Counted from the first letter of the stretch, positions 29,651-41,256 are shown. The stretch is 64,000 bases of DNA from Synechococcales cyanobacterium VAR_4_metabat_354 (GCA_031414775.1 JANOQI010000041.1:1-64000); one strand, 5' to 3'. Notes: generated from the letters alone by a model not told the origin. Translations and numbers: made by a program.

Positions 29651-29974
29651 GAACCCCCACTCATACAAATTTCAGAATACTTTCTGGAAAAAGTAATAGT
29701 AAAATTTTTCACTTGACTTACCAAGAATATCACACTATTGAAGATTCTTATCAATAAAGAGTGTGTTTTGCTACAAAAAAGGAAATTCGCCTATTGAGAA
29801 CTAGATTAAACTTCCTGCTCTTTAGACTAAACTCCAGCCGCGTAATGGTTAGGTAGGATATGATTATCATGGCGCTGATTCTATTTTGTCGCCACGATTT
29901 TAAGGTGACTGATGTCTAAACAACCCAATTACCGTAAAGTTGACTAAAATTTGGGAGTGTAACTTTCCCCAGCC

Positions 29975-31840
29975 ATGAGTAGCAACACCCTCTTAAACCA
30001 GCCCGAAAAACTGGAAGCCAGACTGCGAGAGATTCCGCCAGATCCGGGTGTGTATTTCATGAGGGACGATCGCGACCATATTTTATATATCGGCAAGTCC
30101 AAAAAACTGCGATCGAGAGTGCGTTCTTACTTTCGAGATTCTCAGGATCTGTCTCCGCGCATTGCGTTGATGGTGCGTCAGGTCGTCGAAATAGAGTTTA
30201 TTGTCACCGATACCGAAGCCGAGGCGTTGGCACTGGAAGCGAACCTGATTAAGCTCAATCAGCCACACTTTAATGTGCTCCTCAAAGATGACAAAAAATA
30301 TCCTTATGTCTTAGTTACTTGGTCCCAAGACTACCCGCGTATTTTTATTACCCGCAACCGGCGGCTGGGTAAAGGCCGCGATAAATACTATGGTCCTTAT
30401 ACCGACTCTCGCCTTTTACGGGAGACCTTGAATTTGGTGCGGCGGATTTTTCCGATGCGTCAGCGTCCCCAGCCGCTTTTTAGAGATCGCACTTGTCTGA
30501 ATTATGATATCGGTCGTTGTCCCGGCGTGTGCCAGAAATTAGTAACTCCTACCGATTATCGGTTGATGATCGAGAAAATTACGATGGTCTTTCAGGGGCG
30601 CAGTAGCGAACTGATCGACACCTTGACAAAGCAAATGCACCAAGCCGCCGAGGATTTAAACTTTGAAACGGCGGCGGCGTTGCGCGATCGAATTCAGGGT
30701 TTGCATTCCCTAACTGCTGGTCAAAAAGTTTCCCTGCCGGATGATACAGTCAGTCGCGATGCGGTAGCTTTAGCTGCTAATGACCAGACCGCCAGCATTC
30801 AACTTTTCCAAATTCGCGCTGGTAAATTGGTAGGGCGGCTGGGCTTTATTGCCAATGTTGCCGATGGGTCATCCCCGGCGGAGTTGGGCGCTATTCTTCA
30901 GCGGGTACTAGAAGAACACTATCAGCAGGCCGATCCGGTAGAAATCCCGCTGGAAATCTTGGTGCAGCACGAGCTACCAGAGGTCGAAATATTGGCCAGT
31001 TATCTCAGCAATAAGAAAGGCCGCAAAGTATCGATCGAATCCCCGCAGCGTCAAGGCAAAGCAGAATTAATTGAAATGGTCGAGCGGAACGCGGCTTTTG
31101 AGCTGGCTAGATTGGCTCAGCATAGTGAGAGAGAAGCAGCTAGTATGCAAGATTTGGCCGCCATTTTAGACCTGCCGGATCTGCCCCACCGGATCGAAGG
31201 CTATGACATTTCCCACGTGCAGGGTTCTGATGCGGTTGGTTCCCAGGTGGTATTTATCGAAGGATTACCGGCTAAACAATACTATCGTCACTACAAAATC
31301 AAAAATCCCGATGTGCATATTGGTCGCTCTGATGACTACGCCAGTCATGCCGAGGTGATTGGCCGGCGCTTCCGTAAATATCAGGGTGGTGTGGACTTAG
31401 ATAACTCCGACTTTCCGGATGTGGTGATGATTGACGGCGGTAAAGGTCAGCTTTCTACCATTGTGAAGGTGCTCACCGATATGGAGCTGATTGAGCATGT
31501 GCGGGTGGTCAGCTTGGCCAAACAGCACGAGGAAATTTTCGTACCGGGAGCTACTCAAGCCTTGCCCACTGAGCCAGAACAGCCCGGCGTGCAACTCCTG
31601 CGCCGTCTCCGGGACGAAGCCCACCGTTTTGCGGTCAGTTTTCACCGTCAACAGCGCAGTAAGCGGATGACTCGATCGTACCTAGATGATATTCCGGGAC
31701 TGGGGGCGCAGAAACAAAAACAGCTCTTGGCTCATTTTCATTCGATCGATTACATTCGCGCCGCCGATACCCAAGCTTTGCAAAAAGTCCCCGGTGTTGG
31801 AGAAAACTTAGCTGAAGCGATTTACAGCTATTTTCACTAG
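29975..31840 (+). CDS. uvrC: Excinuclease ABC subunit C
   Basis: GIY-YIG (PGVY...YIGKSK.LR.RVRSYF), [26 protein letters not shown]-terminal HhH. Confidence 0.97.
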   Translation: MSSNTLLNQPEKLEARLREIPPDPGVYFMRDDRDHILYIGKSKKLRSRVRSYFRDSQDLSPRIALMVRQVVEIEFIVTDTEAEALALEANLIKLNQPHFNVLLKDDKKYPYVLVTWSQDYPRIFITRNRRLGKGRDKYYGPYTDSRLLRETLNLVRRIFPMRQRPQPLFRDRTCLNYDIGRCPGVCQKLVTPTDYRLMIEKITMVFQGRSSELIDTLTKQMHQAAEDLNFETAAALRDRIQGLHSLTAGQKVSLPDDTVSRDAVALAANDQTASIQLFQIRAGKLVGRLGFIANVADGSSPAELGAILQRVLEEHYQQADPVEIPLEILVQHELPEVEILASYLSNKKGRKVSIESPQRQGKAELIEMVERNAAFELARLAQHSEREAASMQDLAAILDLPDLPHRIEGYDISHVQGSDAVGSQVVFIEGLPAKQYYRHYKIKNPDVHIGRSDDYASHAEVIGRRFRKYQGGVDLDNSDFPDVVMIDGGKGQLSTIVKVLTDMELIEHVRVVSLAKQHEEIFVPGATQALPTEPEQPGVQLLRRLRDEAHRFAVSFHRQQRSKRMTRSYLDDIPGLGAQKQKQLLAHFHSIDYIRAADTQALQKVPGVGENLAEAIYSYFH

Positions 31841-31942
31841 CTTGATTGAGTCTCAATCAATGCCGAAAACCGCAAAAATTCGTTAAATCCGTTAAATTAG
31901 AGAAATAGCGCGTGCGCTTTTCCCTCCATCAAATTGCGAATT

Positions 31943-32581
31943 ATGGCCCCCTCTTCGATCGCTGTCCGCGAACTACCTTTGTTTCCCTTGCCAGAAGTGG
32001 TGCTGTTTCCAGGACGGCCATTGCCGTTGCACATTTTTGAATTTCGCTATCGCATTATGATGCATACGATCATGGAGGCCGATCAGCGGTTTGGTATTTT
32101 GATGTGGGATCCCGTCCGCGAAGAGCCAGCAGTGGTGGGCTGTTGCGCCGAAATTATTCACTTTCAACGGCTCCCTGATGATCGGATTAAAGTATTGACC
32201 CTCGGCCAGCAGCGCTTTCGCGTTTTAGATTATGTCCGGGAAAAGCCCTACCGTGTTGGCTTAGTCGAATGGATTGAAGATGCTCCCACCCAGCAAGATC
32301 TGACCAGCTTATCCAGCAACGTTGGTGAACTCTTGCAAGATGTGGTGAATCTGTCGGCCAAACTCACCGACCAATCGATCGAACTCCCCGAAAACCTGCC
32401 TAGTTCGCCGATCGAACTTTCTTACTGGGTGGCCAGCAATCTTTATGGGGTTGCCGCTGAACAACAAGCGTTGCTGGAAATGCAAAATACTGGCGATCGA
32501 CTAGAACGAGAAGCGGAGATCTTGCTCTCCACTCGCAATCATCTAGCCGCCCGCACCGCCCTGAAAGATGTGTTGAGTTAA
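31943..32581 (+). CDS. LON peptidase substrate-binding domain protein
   Basis: ELPLFPLP.VVLFPG.PLPLHIFE.RYR.M, G.QRFRV. Confidence 0.9.
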   Translation: MAPSSIAVRELPLFPLPEVVLFPGRPLPLHIFEFRYRIMMHTIMEADQRFGILMWDPVREEPAVVGCCAEIIHFQRLPDDRIKVLTLGQQRFRVLDYVREKPYRVGLVEWIEDAPTQQDLTSLSSNVGELLQDVVNLSAKLTDQSIELPENLPSSPIELSYWVASNLYGVAAEQQALLEMQNTGDRLEREAEILLSTRNHLAARTALKDVLS

Positions 32582-33519
32582 AAAGTATCCACCCGGTTCT
32601 CGATCGAATCTTGAACATCTTGAGGGATATTTCTAAAAAAGTTATAACCAGTCAGCTTTTCCACCTCCCGCACTGTTTTCCGGTAAGCTCGCCAGGGATT
32701 GCCCTTGATACCTTGGACATTCGGAATTACCACTGCAATCGCCCTGGTATCTTTGTTGATCCCCTTTAAACCAACTCCTAGCCGATCGTTTACTAGCACT
32801 ACCTTCCAGGTATTAGCGGGGACTGGTTGGCCACTCGCTAGCTCGCGCCTAGCACCCTTGTCGCCCACCCCGCCCTGACCCTGCGGTCCAGCGATAATAT
32901 ATAGCTCTTTGCCCTGTCTAACCAGTTGGCGACAATAGTTTTCTAGCTCCACCCACACGCCGCGATTGTTATCTGGTGCTTGGGGAATCATGTTAGTCAT
33001 CAAAAAAGTAGCAGAATTATCGATCGGATTGCTACTGCGATCTTCTGAGTTAGCCAAATGTCCTCGATCGAACCCACTGCCGGTGTAATCTTGTGGTCGG
33101 GTAGCTGACCAATCACTGGGCAAGTCGGGATCGACGCGAAAATTATTTTGACGACGACTAGTACCAGGTGCCGCCAAATTGCTGGTCTGTAATTGCCAAG
33201 ATACCCAGTTGGGGATTTTTTTGCTGCGCGAGTAAGACAACGCATACTGCGGTTTCAACATCAGATAATTTTCGGCATTATTAGTGGCGGTGGTAGCGTT
33301 GCTGGGATTTCCTAGTAATAGATGAGGATTACTGCTGGGTAGCTGAATTTGATCCTGCCCCCAACAACCCGTTAAAAAACACAACCACATGAACATAAGG
33401 CCATAACCTGTATATCGAAGAATTTGACGCAAAATAGGCACGGCGACAATCACTGTTAGACTAATCAGCAAATTAACATAAACTAGCCATTGAATAACTA
33501 ACCAGCTTTTACCGATCAA
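32578..33519 (-). CDS. nucA: Sugar-nonspecific DNA/RNA endonuclease (NucA-like), probable lipoprotein
   Basis: LLLGNPS.A, PNWVSWQL, DY.GSG.DRGH, TFLMTNM.PQ..DNN...W..LE; lipobox LTGC. True start is uncertain. Confidence 0.85.
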   Translation of the reverse strand: MIGKSWLVIQWLVYVNLLISLTVIVAVPILRQILRYTGYGLMFMWLCFLTGCWGQDQIQLPSSNPHLLLGNPSNATTATNNAENYLMLKPQYALSYSRSKKIPNWVSWQLQTSNLAAPGTSRRQNNFRVDPDLPSDWSATRPQDYTGSGFDRGHLANSEDRSSNPIDNSATFLMTNMIPQAPDNNRGVWVELENYCRQLVRQGKELYIIAGPQGQGGVGDKGARRELASGQPVPANTWKVVLVNDRLGVGLKGINKDTRAIAVVIPNVQGIKGNPWRAYRKTVREVEKLTGYNFFRNIPQDVQDSIENRVDTF

Positions 33520-33539
33520 GTGTGAGGGGCAAAAATTAG

Positions 33540-34145
33540 ATGGCTGATCGATTGTGGAAATATATCACACCTGGTATTCCCGATGACTTATTTGAGCAAC
33601 TCCCCGGCATTCCAATGACCCAACGGGAGGTGCGGTTGCTGATGATTGCCGCACTTAAACTAGAAATTGATTCTACCGTTTGGGATATTGGGGCAGGGAC
33701 TGGCACCATTCCGGTGGAAACCGGTTTGCTCTGTACTCAAGGCCAAATTATCGCGATCGAACGGGATGAAGAAGTGGCCAGCTTAATTCGCCACAATTGT
33801 GATTTATTTGGGGTGACTAATGTCAAGATTATCGAAGGTAGTGCCCCGGAATGTTTGGCCGATATTTCTGAACGACCTCACCGGGTTTGTATTGAAGGTG
33901 GTCGATCGATCGCCGCCATCTTGGAGGCAGTGTGGCCACTCCTAGATTTCCAGGGTCGAGTAGTCGTCACTGCCAGCAATTTAGAAAACCTGTATGCCGT
34001 TTTGGATAGTTTTACCAAGCTGCATGGCCGTCATGTAGAAGTAGTCCAAGCGGCTATTAATCGGTTAGAAACCAGAGGCATGAATCGGAGTTTAGTCGCG
34101 GTGGACCCCATTTTTATCTTGAGTGCTCAAAAGCTAGATTCTTGA
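33540..34145 (+). CDS. cbiT: Precorrin-6B C15-methyltransferase (decarboxylating)
   Basis: PGIPD..F...PG.P.T.REVR, WDIGAGTG.I.VE, AIER, G.APE.L. Confidence 0.9.
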   Translation: MADRLWKYITPGIPDDLFEQLPGIPMTQREVRLLMIAALKLEIDSTVWDIGAGTGTIPVETGLLCTQGQIIAIERDEEVASLIRHNCDLFGVTNVKIIEGSAPECLADISERPHRVCIEGGRSIAAILEAVWPLLDFQGRVVVTASNLENLYAVLDSFTKLHGRHVEVVQAAINRLETRGMNRSLVAVDPIFILSAQKLDS

Positions 34146-34217
34146 TTAGCCAAATTAATCCCTTGCGCTATCGGCTAAACATGACGCTAGAATTGGGGCT
34201 GTTAGAGATTTTGGTAT

Positions 34218-34709
34218 TTGTGTATGAACATCAAACGTCGTTCTTTTTTAACTTATTTGGGCGTAGGCTGGGCAGCTAGCTGCTTTCCCCTAGTGTTATC
34301 CGCCTGTAGTAGTGATAGTAAAACTGGAGACAAAAAGGCTGCTATTGATGCTGCCGATCTGTCATCGAAAGCCAATGCTGCCTCTGCTACCGACATCGCT
34401 GCCGCTGGTGGCTTTAAATCGGTAGGTACTGTTGCCCAACTGAATAAAGCTGGTAGCGTGGGGGTGGATAAAAAAGTCATAGTGATTCGCGATCCAGCCA
34501 ATAAAGCCAAACTGATTGCTGTCAATCCTACTTGTACTCATCAAGGCTGTATTGTGAAATGGGAAAGTAAAGCAAAGGATTTTGAATGTCCTTGTCACGA
34601 TGCCCGTTTTGCGACCGATGGCAAAGTCAAGAGCGGTCCGGCATCTAAACCGCTCGCTACCTATAGTGCGAAAATCGAAGGGGATAAAGTCCTAGTTAAA
34701 ATGGCTTAA
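34218..34709 (+). CDS. Tat-exported Rieske protein (PetC3-like)
   Basis: KRRSFL Tat motif, lipobox LSAC, CTHQGC and CPCH boxes, GPA..PL. Confidence 0.82.
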   Translation: MCMNIKRRSFLTYLGVGWAASCFPLVLSACSSDSKTGDKKAAIDAADLSSKANAASATDIAAAGGFKSVGTVAQLNKAGSVGVDKKVIVIRDPANKAKLIAVNPTCTHQGCIVKWESKAKDFECPCHDARFATDGKVKSGPASKPLATYSAKIEGDKVLVKMA

Positions 34710-34735
34710 TAAATAAAATAGCCTCGGTCTTAAAT

Positions 34736-35455
34736 TTATCGCCCAGCATCAGGATTATTTAACTGGTAGCCTTTGCCGTAGACGGTATAAATTAGCTCTA
34801 ATTGTCCTGGCAAAGTCAGTTTGCGGCGTAATAATCTCATCAAAGCTGCTAGTACATTGCTATTCGGGATATTAGTATTTTTCCCCCATAAATGTTCGTG
34901 AATCTGCTGGTGAGTAACTAACTTACCAGCATTTTTCATCAGGTAGGCTAGCAATTGAGCCTCTTTCTCGGAAAGCTCGATCGTTTGGTCAGCCCAATAA
35001 GCTAGCTGACTGTCAGGATCTAGAATCAATTGACCCACTTGCAATTTAGGAGATCCAAAGTGACCAACTTTGGCCAAGCTATCTGCTTCTTCCGAGCGCC
35101 CTCGCCGCAGTAGGGCGCGGATTCTAGCCAAGAGTTCGCGCAGCTCGAAAGGCTTGACTAAATAATCATCAGCCCCGGCATCTAATCCCAGCACTCGATC
35201 GTCTAAAGTATCTTGCGCCGTTAAAAATAACACCGGCTTGGTGTTACCAGTGCCCCTTAGACCTTGGCAAATTTCGATACCAGTGACGATCGGCAGCACC
35301 CAATCGAGGATGTAAAGGTCGTAAGACTGATTGGTAGCAAGTTGCTGACCAGTCCAGCCATCAGTGGCTACATCAACCTCATAGCCTTCTTGCCGCAGAA
35401 CACGACTGAGTGGGTTAGTAAGCTCAATTTCGTCATCAACTAACAAAATATCCAT
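34736..35455 (-). CDS. OmpR-family response regulator (no adjacent kinase)
   Basis: ILLVDDE, ILDW, GLDAGADDYLVKPF, winged-helix TVYGKGY. Confidence 0.92.
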   Translation of the reverse strand: MDILLVDDEIELTNPLSRVLRQEGYEVDVATDGWTGQQLATNQSYDLYILDWVLPIVTGIEICQGLRGTGNTKPVLFLTAQDTLDDRVLGLDAGADDYLVKPFELRELLARIRALLRRGRSEEADSLAKVGHFGSPKLQVGQLILDPDSQLAYWADQTIELSEKEAQLLAYLMKNAGKLVTHQQIHEHLWGKNTNIPNSNVLAALMRLLRRKLTLPGQLELIYTVYGKGYQLNNPDAGR

Positions 35456-35677
35456 GTCCAGTCAGCAATTTGTGGGATTGTTTATTCTAAATTAACAACA
35501 AGGTCAGGTTCTCTGGGTATTATACTGTTGACTATATCTCACAAGGTAAATTTGCACTTTTGAGCTAGAACCCAGTTTAGCTCTTGAGTTACTACACATT
35601 CAATCTGGAATAGTAGATTGAATTAAAATCAGAGTGCTAATTGTATTTTTTCTTTCGTTGAGGCCAATCAGCCAGCC

Positions 35678-37321
35678 ATGCAACCAGCAATTCCATTAGG
35701 AACACTGCTTCAAAAGCGTTACCGTGTTACCAAAGTTCTCGGTCAAGGAGGATTTGGCCGCACCTACTTGGCGCAGGATACAGCTTGTTTCGATGAGCTG
35801 TGCGTGCTGAAAGAATTCACTCCCAACGAACGCGGACGTGACTCTCTCAAAAAAGCCAGGGAACTGTTTCAGCGCGAAGCCAAAACTCTGCACCGCGTTA
35901 GCCATCCCCAAATCCCTAGTTTTCGTGCCAACTTTGAGGAAGCGAAACGCCTATTTCTGGTACAAGAATATGCCGAAGGTAAAACTTATGCCAAAATTCT
36001 AGGTGAAAGGATCAGAGAATCCAAGACTTTTACCGAAGAAGAAGCCATTACCTTTTTGTACCAGATGCTGCCTATTCTCACGAATATTCACAATCAAGGC
36101 ATTGTTCATCGGGATATTTCACCTGACAATATCATTCTGCGCGAGTCCGACCAGCTGCCCGTTTTAATCGATTTTGGGGTAGTCAAAGCAGGGGTACAAA
36201 ACCTAGAGGCCGCCGGTGGAGAGATTGGCCAACAGGGGACTACGGTTGGGAAAGCAGGTTACGCTCCCAATGAACAGTTACAAACTGGTGAAGCCTATGC
36301 CAACAGTGACTTATATGCTTTGGCGGTGACTGTAGTTGTTATGATGACCGGTCGGAAACCAGAAAGCCTGATTGATAAATCCACCATGACTTGGAAGTGG
36401 CAACAATTGCTTCCTACCATTAGCCCTTGGTTTGCGAAGGTGCTGATGCGAATGATGAGTTATCGTCCTAACAACCGCTATCAATCAGCCAAGGAGGTTA
36501 GTCAAGCGCTGCGGGCAGTAGAAGATGTAATTGGTAGCGCTTCCGGATTTGCGGCTGACCATATTGCCCCGTCTACTGGTGGTCAATCGAACAACAAATC
36601 TTTTTCGCCATCTGGCAATAAGTACAAGAATTATGCCTCTAAGTATCGACAGCGGAGTCAGTTATGGACTAATCCTTGGGCCTTATCGGCGGCTGGCGGT
36701 ATTATTATTTTGGTTCCTTTCATCATCCTGAAAAACTTCTTTTTGTCTGGAACTGAGCCAGCGCTGACACCGAAGCCGACTCCTGCCATTGTCAGCGACT
36801 CGGCTAATCCTAATCCCAGTATGCCCCCGTCACCGATTGTGGCGCAGCCAGTACCAGTGCCAGCATCACCATCAGCAGTTGTTTCCACTGAGATAGTATC
36901 CTTATTGCCCTGGCAGCCTTCGTTGGTGAAGCAAGGCTCCATCAAAGAGAATCAAACGATCATTTACCAAATTAGTAATCTGATCCAAGGTCAAAAGTTG
37001 GTAGCTAATTTGGAAGGGATCACGCAGATGAATATATTGGCGCCCAATCGAGCGCCGATCGATTTCCAGTCCCAGAAAGTTAATAAGTGGCAGGGCAACA
37101 TTCCTACCAATGGTGATTACTATGTGGAAATATCTTTACCACCGGAGCTAAATACCTCTAGTGGCAACTATAAGCTCACCTTGAGCGGTAATAGTGCCAC
37201 CCCAGCTCCGCTGCCAACTACCAGCAGTCTATTTCCGGAAACACCTGCTTTGAATTTACCAGATAGCGCTAAACCTAATGCTCCGAAACCTCCTCGTAGT
37301 AATCCATCAATTAGTCCGTGA
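35678..37321 (+). CDS. Hanks-type Ser/Thr protein kinase with TM segment and Pro-rich C-terminal region
   Basis: LGQGGFGRTY, VLKE, HRDISPDN, IDFG, GYAPNEQ, SDLYAL. Confidence 0.92.
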   Translation: MQPAIPLGTLLQKRYRVTKVLGQGGFGRTYLAQDTACFDELCVLKEFTPNERGRDSLKKARELFQREAKTLHRVSHPQIPSFRANFEEAKRLFLVQEYAEGKTYAKILGERIRESKTFTEEEAITFLYQMLPILTNIHNQGIVHRDISPDNIILRESDQLPVLIDFGVVKAGVQNLEAAGGEIGQQGTTVGKAGYAPNEQLQTGEAYANSDLYALAVTVVVMMTGRKPESLIDKSTMTWKWQQLLPTISPWFAKVLMRMMSYRPNNRYQSAKEVSQALRAVEDVIGSASGFAADHIAPSTGGQSNNKSFSPSGNKYKNYASKYRQRSQLWTNPWALSAAGGIIILVPFIILKNFFLSGTEPALTPKPTPAIVSDSANPNPSMPPSPIVAQPVPVPASPSAVVSTEIVSLLPWQPSLVKQGSIKENQTIIYQISNLIQGQKLVANLEGITQMNILAPNRAPIDFQSQKVNKWQGNIPTNGDYYVEISLPPELNTSSGNYKLTLSGNSATPAPLPTTSSLFPETPALNLPDSAKPNAPKPPRSNPSISP

Positions 37322-37965
37322 AGGGTAAAGCTCTAGCCTTATGTTTCACGATCGGTTGTTTGTTATTGACGATTGCTGGTGCCTATTATCTGGGCGGAGT
37401 TAATCCCCAAGTTTTACAGAGATGGTTGACTAGTGTTGGAATCTGGGCACCACTCATCTATATTTTGGTCTATACGATCGGCACTTTGTTAATGTTGCCC
37501 TCTACCCCTTTGAACTTATCGGGGGGAGCGGTTTTTGGGGTGGTATGGGGGACTGTGTGGACGACAGTCGGGGCGATCGTCGCGGCTGTTATTTCTTTTT
37601 GGTTTAGCCGCACTATTGGTCGTAATTATGTCCATCGTAAATTTGCTCAGCGCTGGGCAAGGATTGATCGAGAGATAAGTGTTGGTGGCATTTACTATGT
37701 AATCGCCGTCCGGCTGCTGCCTTTACTGCCCTATGGTTTGGTTAACTTTGGGGCGGGATTAACTTCCATCCGGTTTCGAGACTATCTATGGGGTACGATT
37801 ATTGGTACCGCACCAGGATTAGTTCCATTTGTAATGATGGGTAGCGGTTTGACAGCGCTGCGCCGGGGTGACTTGTGGCCGTTGGCAGTTTCTTCAAGTT
37901 TAATTGGACTATCGGTAGGAGCGGCAACTTGGTATCAACGACGGCACCAGGAACAGCGCAAATAG
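37318..37965 (+). CDS. TVP38/TMEM64 (DedA/VTT) membrane protein
   Basis: P.TPL.L.GGA.FG, RL.P..P...VN..AGL..I.F.DY..GT..G..PG. Confidence 0.88.
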   Translation: MKGKALALCFTIGCLLLTIAGAYYLGGVNPQVLQRWLTSVGIWAPLIYILVYTIGTLLMLPSTPLNLSGGAVFGVVWGTVWTTVGAIVAAVISFWFSRTIGRNYVHRKFAQRWARIDREISVGGIYYVIAVRLLPLLPYGLVNFGAGLTSIRFRDYLWGTIIGTAPGLVPFVMMGSGLTALRRGDLWPLAVSSSLIGLSVGAATWYQRRHQEQRK

Positions 37966-38026
37966 TTGAGACCAAAGTGATACCCTAGAGGGTGATTAAT
38001 CGTAATACAGTCTGAAATGTTTCGAT

Positions 38027-39775
38027 ATGCACGAGCCGAATTCTTCCGTCCGCCGAAAACGCCGCCGCCGACCAAACCCCAAACTTCGGCGATCGATCGC
38101 TGGAATTGTGGCAGCAGTGGCAACGGCGATGGGAATTTACCTGGCATTTGCGAATCGATCGACTAACTCTAAACTAGATATCCCCCTGGGAGCAAATTAC
38201 TTACCAGCAAACACCCTGGTGGCTGTGACACTATCGACCGATCGCCAGCGGTGGCAGCAGCTCCAACAGCTTGGTACTCCCCACAGTCGGGCAGTGGTTA
38301 CCCAAGAATTGGCTAAGTGGCAGCAAGAGTTTTTTACCGATCATGGCCTAGACTTCGAGCGCGATATTCAGCCAGTGGTCGGCTCCGGGATCGCGGTGGC
38401 TTACCTCGCGCCGCCGACTGCGCCCACTGCTAGTAGTAAAAATTCAGCACCAGTTAAAAATCTGCCGATCGTCTTGCTACCAATGAATTCAGATACGGCG
38501 GCAACCCAGTTATTCGCCAAAACTAAAGTCTCTAATGGTGGCCAAGACAAAGCAGTAGAAAGTATCTACAAAGGAGTAACGCTCCAAGAAAGCACCCACA
38601 ATAACAACACTTTGGTAGTGGCTATCGTCGAGCGAGTGGCGTTGTTTAGCCCCAGTGTGCAAGCGGTTGAACAATCGATCGATGCCTTTAAATCTGGCAA
38701 AACTTTAGCAAAAACACCTGGCTATACTCCCGCCTGGGGTGCGATATCTATGAACCAGCCCCTAGCTCAAGTCTATGTGAATGTGCCCTTGGCCGTGGCT
38801 CATAATACTAGTATTTCGACTCCGGATAAGTTAGCGCAATCCCCGCAGCAACAAAGTTTGGCCGCTAATATCAATCTCGATGGCAATCTGATTACCAGTA
38901 AAGGTATTTCTTGGTGGCAATCCCCGCAGCCTACGAGTCTAGTCCCTAGTAAAAATAGTCCAGATTTTGGTCATCGCCTGCCCGAAAACACGGTGATGAT
39001 GATTTCCGGTAATAGTTTGGCGCAGTTGTGGGCAGATTATTTGCCTTTGGCGAATAAAAATCCGGCAGCACCAATATCCCCAGAAATAGTAGTTGATGGT
39101 CTTAAATCGACCACTGGCCTAGACTTAACAACTGATATTTTGGCTTGGAGCAAAAATGAATTTTTACTAGCTCTGGTACCGGCCGATCAACCGAGCCAAA
39201 ATTTTTTAGGTGGTTCCTTACTGTTAATGTTGAAGCCCTCCGATCGATCAGCTGCTGAAGCGACTTTCCACAAGTTGGATCAGGCGATGGCTAGTCGTTA
39301 CCAATTTCAGGTGGCCAAGACCAATACTAAAAATACTGATGTGGTCAATTGGTCTTCACCAATCGGTGGGGTGAATGCCACCCATGGTTGGCTCTCCGAT
39401 AACTTGGCCTTTCTAGCCTTGGGCACACCAGTTACTGATCAATTTCTACCGCAACCAGCAGCGGCTTTGGCTAATAATAAACAGTTTCAACAGGTGATGA
39501 AATCGGAAATCTCTCCGTACAATGGTCAATTTTTCATTAATTTAGACAAGATGTCGCCATCACAGCGGGCTTTGCTACCACAGCTCACCCCAACGGCTCA
39601 ATCGATCATGAGTGGAATTAATTCAATCGGTCTCACTAGCAATGCCAGTAGCAATGTTACTAATCGCTTTGACCTATCAGTCTCCTTGAAGCAGGTCGCT
39701 GCCGGAACATCTGCTAATTCCTCGTCTAGTAGCGGTTCTCTGGTCAGTCCAGGTTCTAATTCCAACTCTCGTTAA
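38027..39775 (+). CDS. DUF3352-like membrane-anchored protein
   Basis: N-terminal TM, GA..LP, W..L...GTP, DIQP.VG, GLDL..DIL.W...EF, ..HGWL pattern of cyanobacterial DUF3352. Confidence 0.7.
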   Translation: MHEPNSSVRRKRRRRPNPKLRRSIAGIVAAVATAMGIYLAFANRSTNSKLDIPLGANYLPANTLVAVTLSTDRQRWQQLQQLGTPHSRAVVTQELAKWQQEFFTDHGLDFERDIQPVVGSGIAVAYLAPPTAPTASSKNSAPVKNLPIVLLPMNSDTAATQLFAKTKVSNGGQDKAVESIYKGVTLQESTHNNNTLVVAIVERVALFSPSVQAVEQSIDAFKSGKTLAKTPGYTPAWGAISMNQPLAQVYVNVPLAVAHNTSISTPDKLAQSPQQQSLAANINLDGNLITSKGISWWQSPQPTSLVPSKNSPDFGHRLPENTVMMISGNSLAQLWADYLPLANKNPAAPISPEIVVDGLKSTTGLDLTTDILAWSKNEFLLALVPADQPSQNFLGGSLLLMLKPSDRSAAEATFHKLDQAMASRYQFQVAKTNTKNTDVVNWSSPIGGVNATHGWLSDNLAFLALGTPVTDQFLPQPAAALANNKQFQQVMKSEISPYNGQFFINLDKMSPSQRALLPQLTPTAQSIMSGINSIGLTSNASSNVTNRFDLSVSLKQVAAGTSANSSSSSGSLVSPGSNSNSR

Positions 39776-39909
39776 TTCTTATCAATGAGCACAAATACTT
39801 AGTGATTTCTGAATTGGCGATATGCCAAGACCGCTTTGTGGTTAAATTATGGGTAGCTGAGAATTCGACACAAAACTAAACATTTTTATTAATAAAGGAG
39901 ATTAATTAT

Positions 39910-41112
39910 ATGACTAAAAAATCTGTAGCTAGCTTATCGGCAGCGGACTTAACTGGTAAGCGCGTTTTAGTACGGGCTGATTTTAATGTGCCAGTTGATG
40001 ACAATGGCAAAATCACCGATGATACGCGCATTCGGGCGGCATTACCCACTATTAAAGATTTAACTGGTAAGGGTGCGATCGTGATTTTATGTAGTCACTT
40101 TGGTCGGCCAAAAGGTGTAGATGAAAAGTTGCGATTGACTCCGGTAGTAGCGCGCTTATCAGAGTTGCTGGGTCAGAATGTCGTGAAATGCAATGACTGT
40201 ATTGGTGATGAAGTAGCAGCGCAAGTTGGAGCCATGACCAACGGTCAAGTAGCACTGCTCGAAAACGTTCGTTTTTATCCAGAAGAAGAAAAGAACGATC
40301 CAGAATTTGCCAAAAAGCTGGCTTCGATCGCTGATGTCTATGTGAATGATGCCTTTGGTACTGCTCACCGCGCCCACGCTTCGACCGAAGGGGTGACCAA
40401 GTATTTGAGGCCTGCGGTAGCTGGTTATTTGATTGAAAGCGAACTGAAGTATTTGCAAACTGCGATCGAATCCCCCAAACGGCCATTGGCAGCAATTGTC
40501 GGTGGTTCTAAGGTTTCGAGCAAGATTGGTGTGATTGAAACGCTGTTAGACAAATGCGACAAACTGTTTTTGGGCGGCGGCATGATTTTTACTTTCTATA
40601 AAGCGCGGGGCTTGAAGGTTGGTAAATCTTTGGTAGAAGAAGATAAGCTAGAATTAGCCCGGACACTGGAAGCCAAAGCCAAAGAAAAGGGTGTACAGCT
40701 GATTTTACCGACAGATGTAGTGGTCGCTGATAACTTTGCCCCTGATGCCAATTCCCAGATTGTGGATATCAATAATATCCCTGATGGCTGGATGGGTTTA
40801 GATATTGGTCCAGATTCGATCAAAGCTTTCCAATCGGCCTTAGCTGACTGTCAGTCAGTGATTTGGAATGGCCCCATGGGTGTATTTGAGTTTGATAAGT
40901 TTGCCGCTGGTACTGAGGCTGTTGCTCACACCCTAGCGGAAATTTCGGCGCAGGGTGCGATCACTATTATTGGTGGTGGCGACTCGGTAGCCGCTGTTGA
41001 GAAGGTCGGCTTGGCGGATAAGATGAGCCACATTTCTACTGGTGGTGGAGCTTCCTTGGAACTTTTGGAAGGTAAGGTGTTACCTGGGATTGCAGCTCTC
41101 GACGAAGCGTAA
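39910..41112 (+). CDS. pgk: Phosphoglycerate kinase
   Basis: [53 protein letters not shown]. Confidence 0.98.
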   Translation: MTKKSVASLSAADLTGKRVLVRADFNVPVDDNGKITDDTRIRAALPTIKDLTGKGAIVILCSHFGRPKGVDEKLRLTPVVARLSELLGQNVVKCNDCIGDEVAAQVGAMTNGQVALLENVRFYPEEEKNDPEFAKKLASIADVYVNDAFGTAHRAHASTEGVTKYLRPAVAGYLIESELKYLQTAIESPKRPLAAIVGGSKVSSKIGVIETLLDKCDKLFLGGGMIFTFYKARGLKVGKSLVEEDKLELARTLEAKAKEKGVQLILPTDVVVADNFAPDANSQIVDINNIPDGWMGLDIGPDSIKAFQSALADCQSVIWNGPMGVFEFDKFAAGTEAVAHTLAEISAQGAITIIGGGDSVAAVEKVGLADKMSHISTGGGASLELLEGKVLPGIAALDEA

Positions 41113-41122
41113 GCACTATTAC

Positions 41123-41165
41123 ACACTACTACTAGCGGCCTGGTTGCTAGTAGTGGTGTTTTTTT
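41123..41165 (+). terminator. Rho-independent terminator after pgk
   Basis: ACACTACTACTAGC-N9-GCTAGTAGTGGTGT followed by a T-run. Confidence 0.8.
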
Positions 41166-41256
41166 ATGTAGAATTACGGTCATTAGTAGATCGACTCACC
41201 AAACTAGTCTTGTAGCTTAATAAATATGTTGCGATCCCCATCTATGTCAAAATAAA

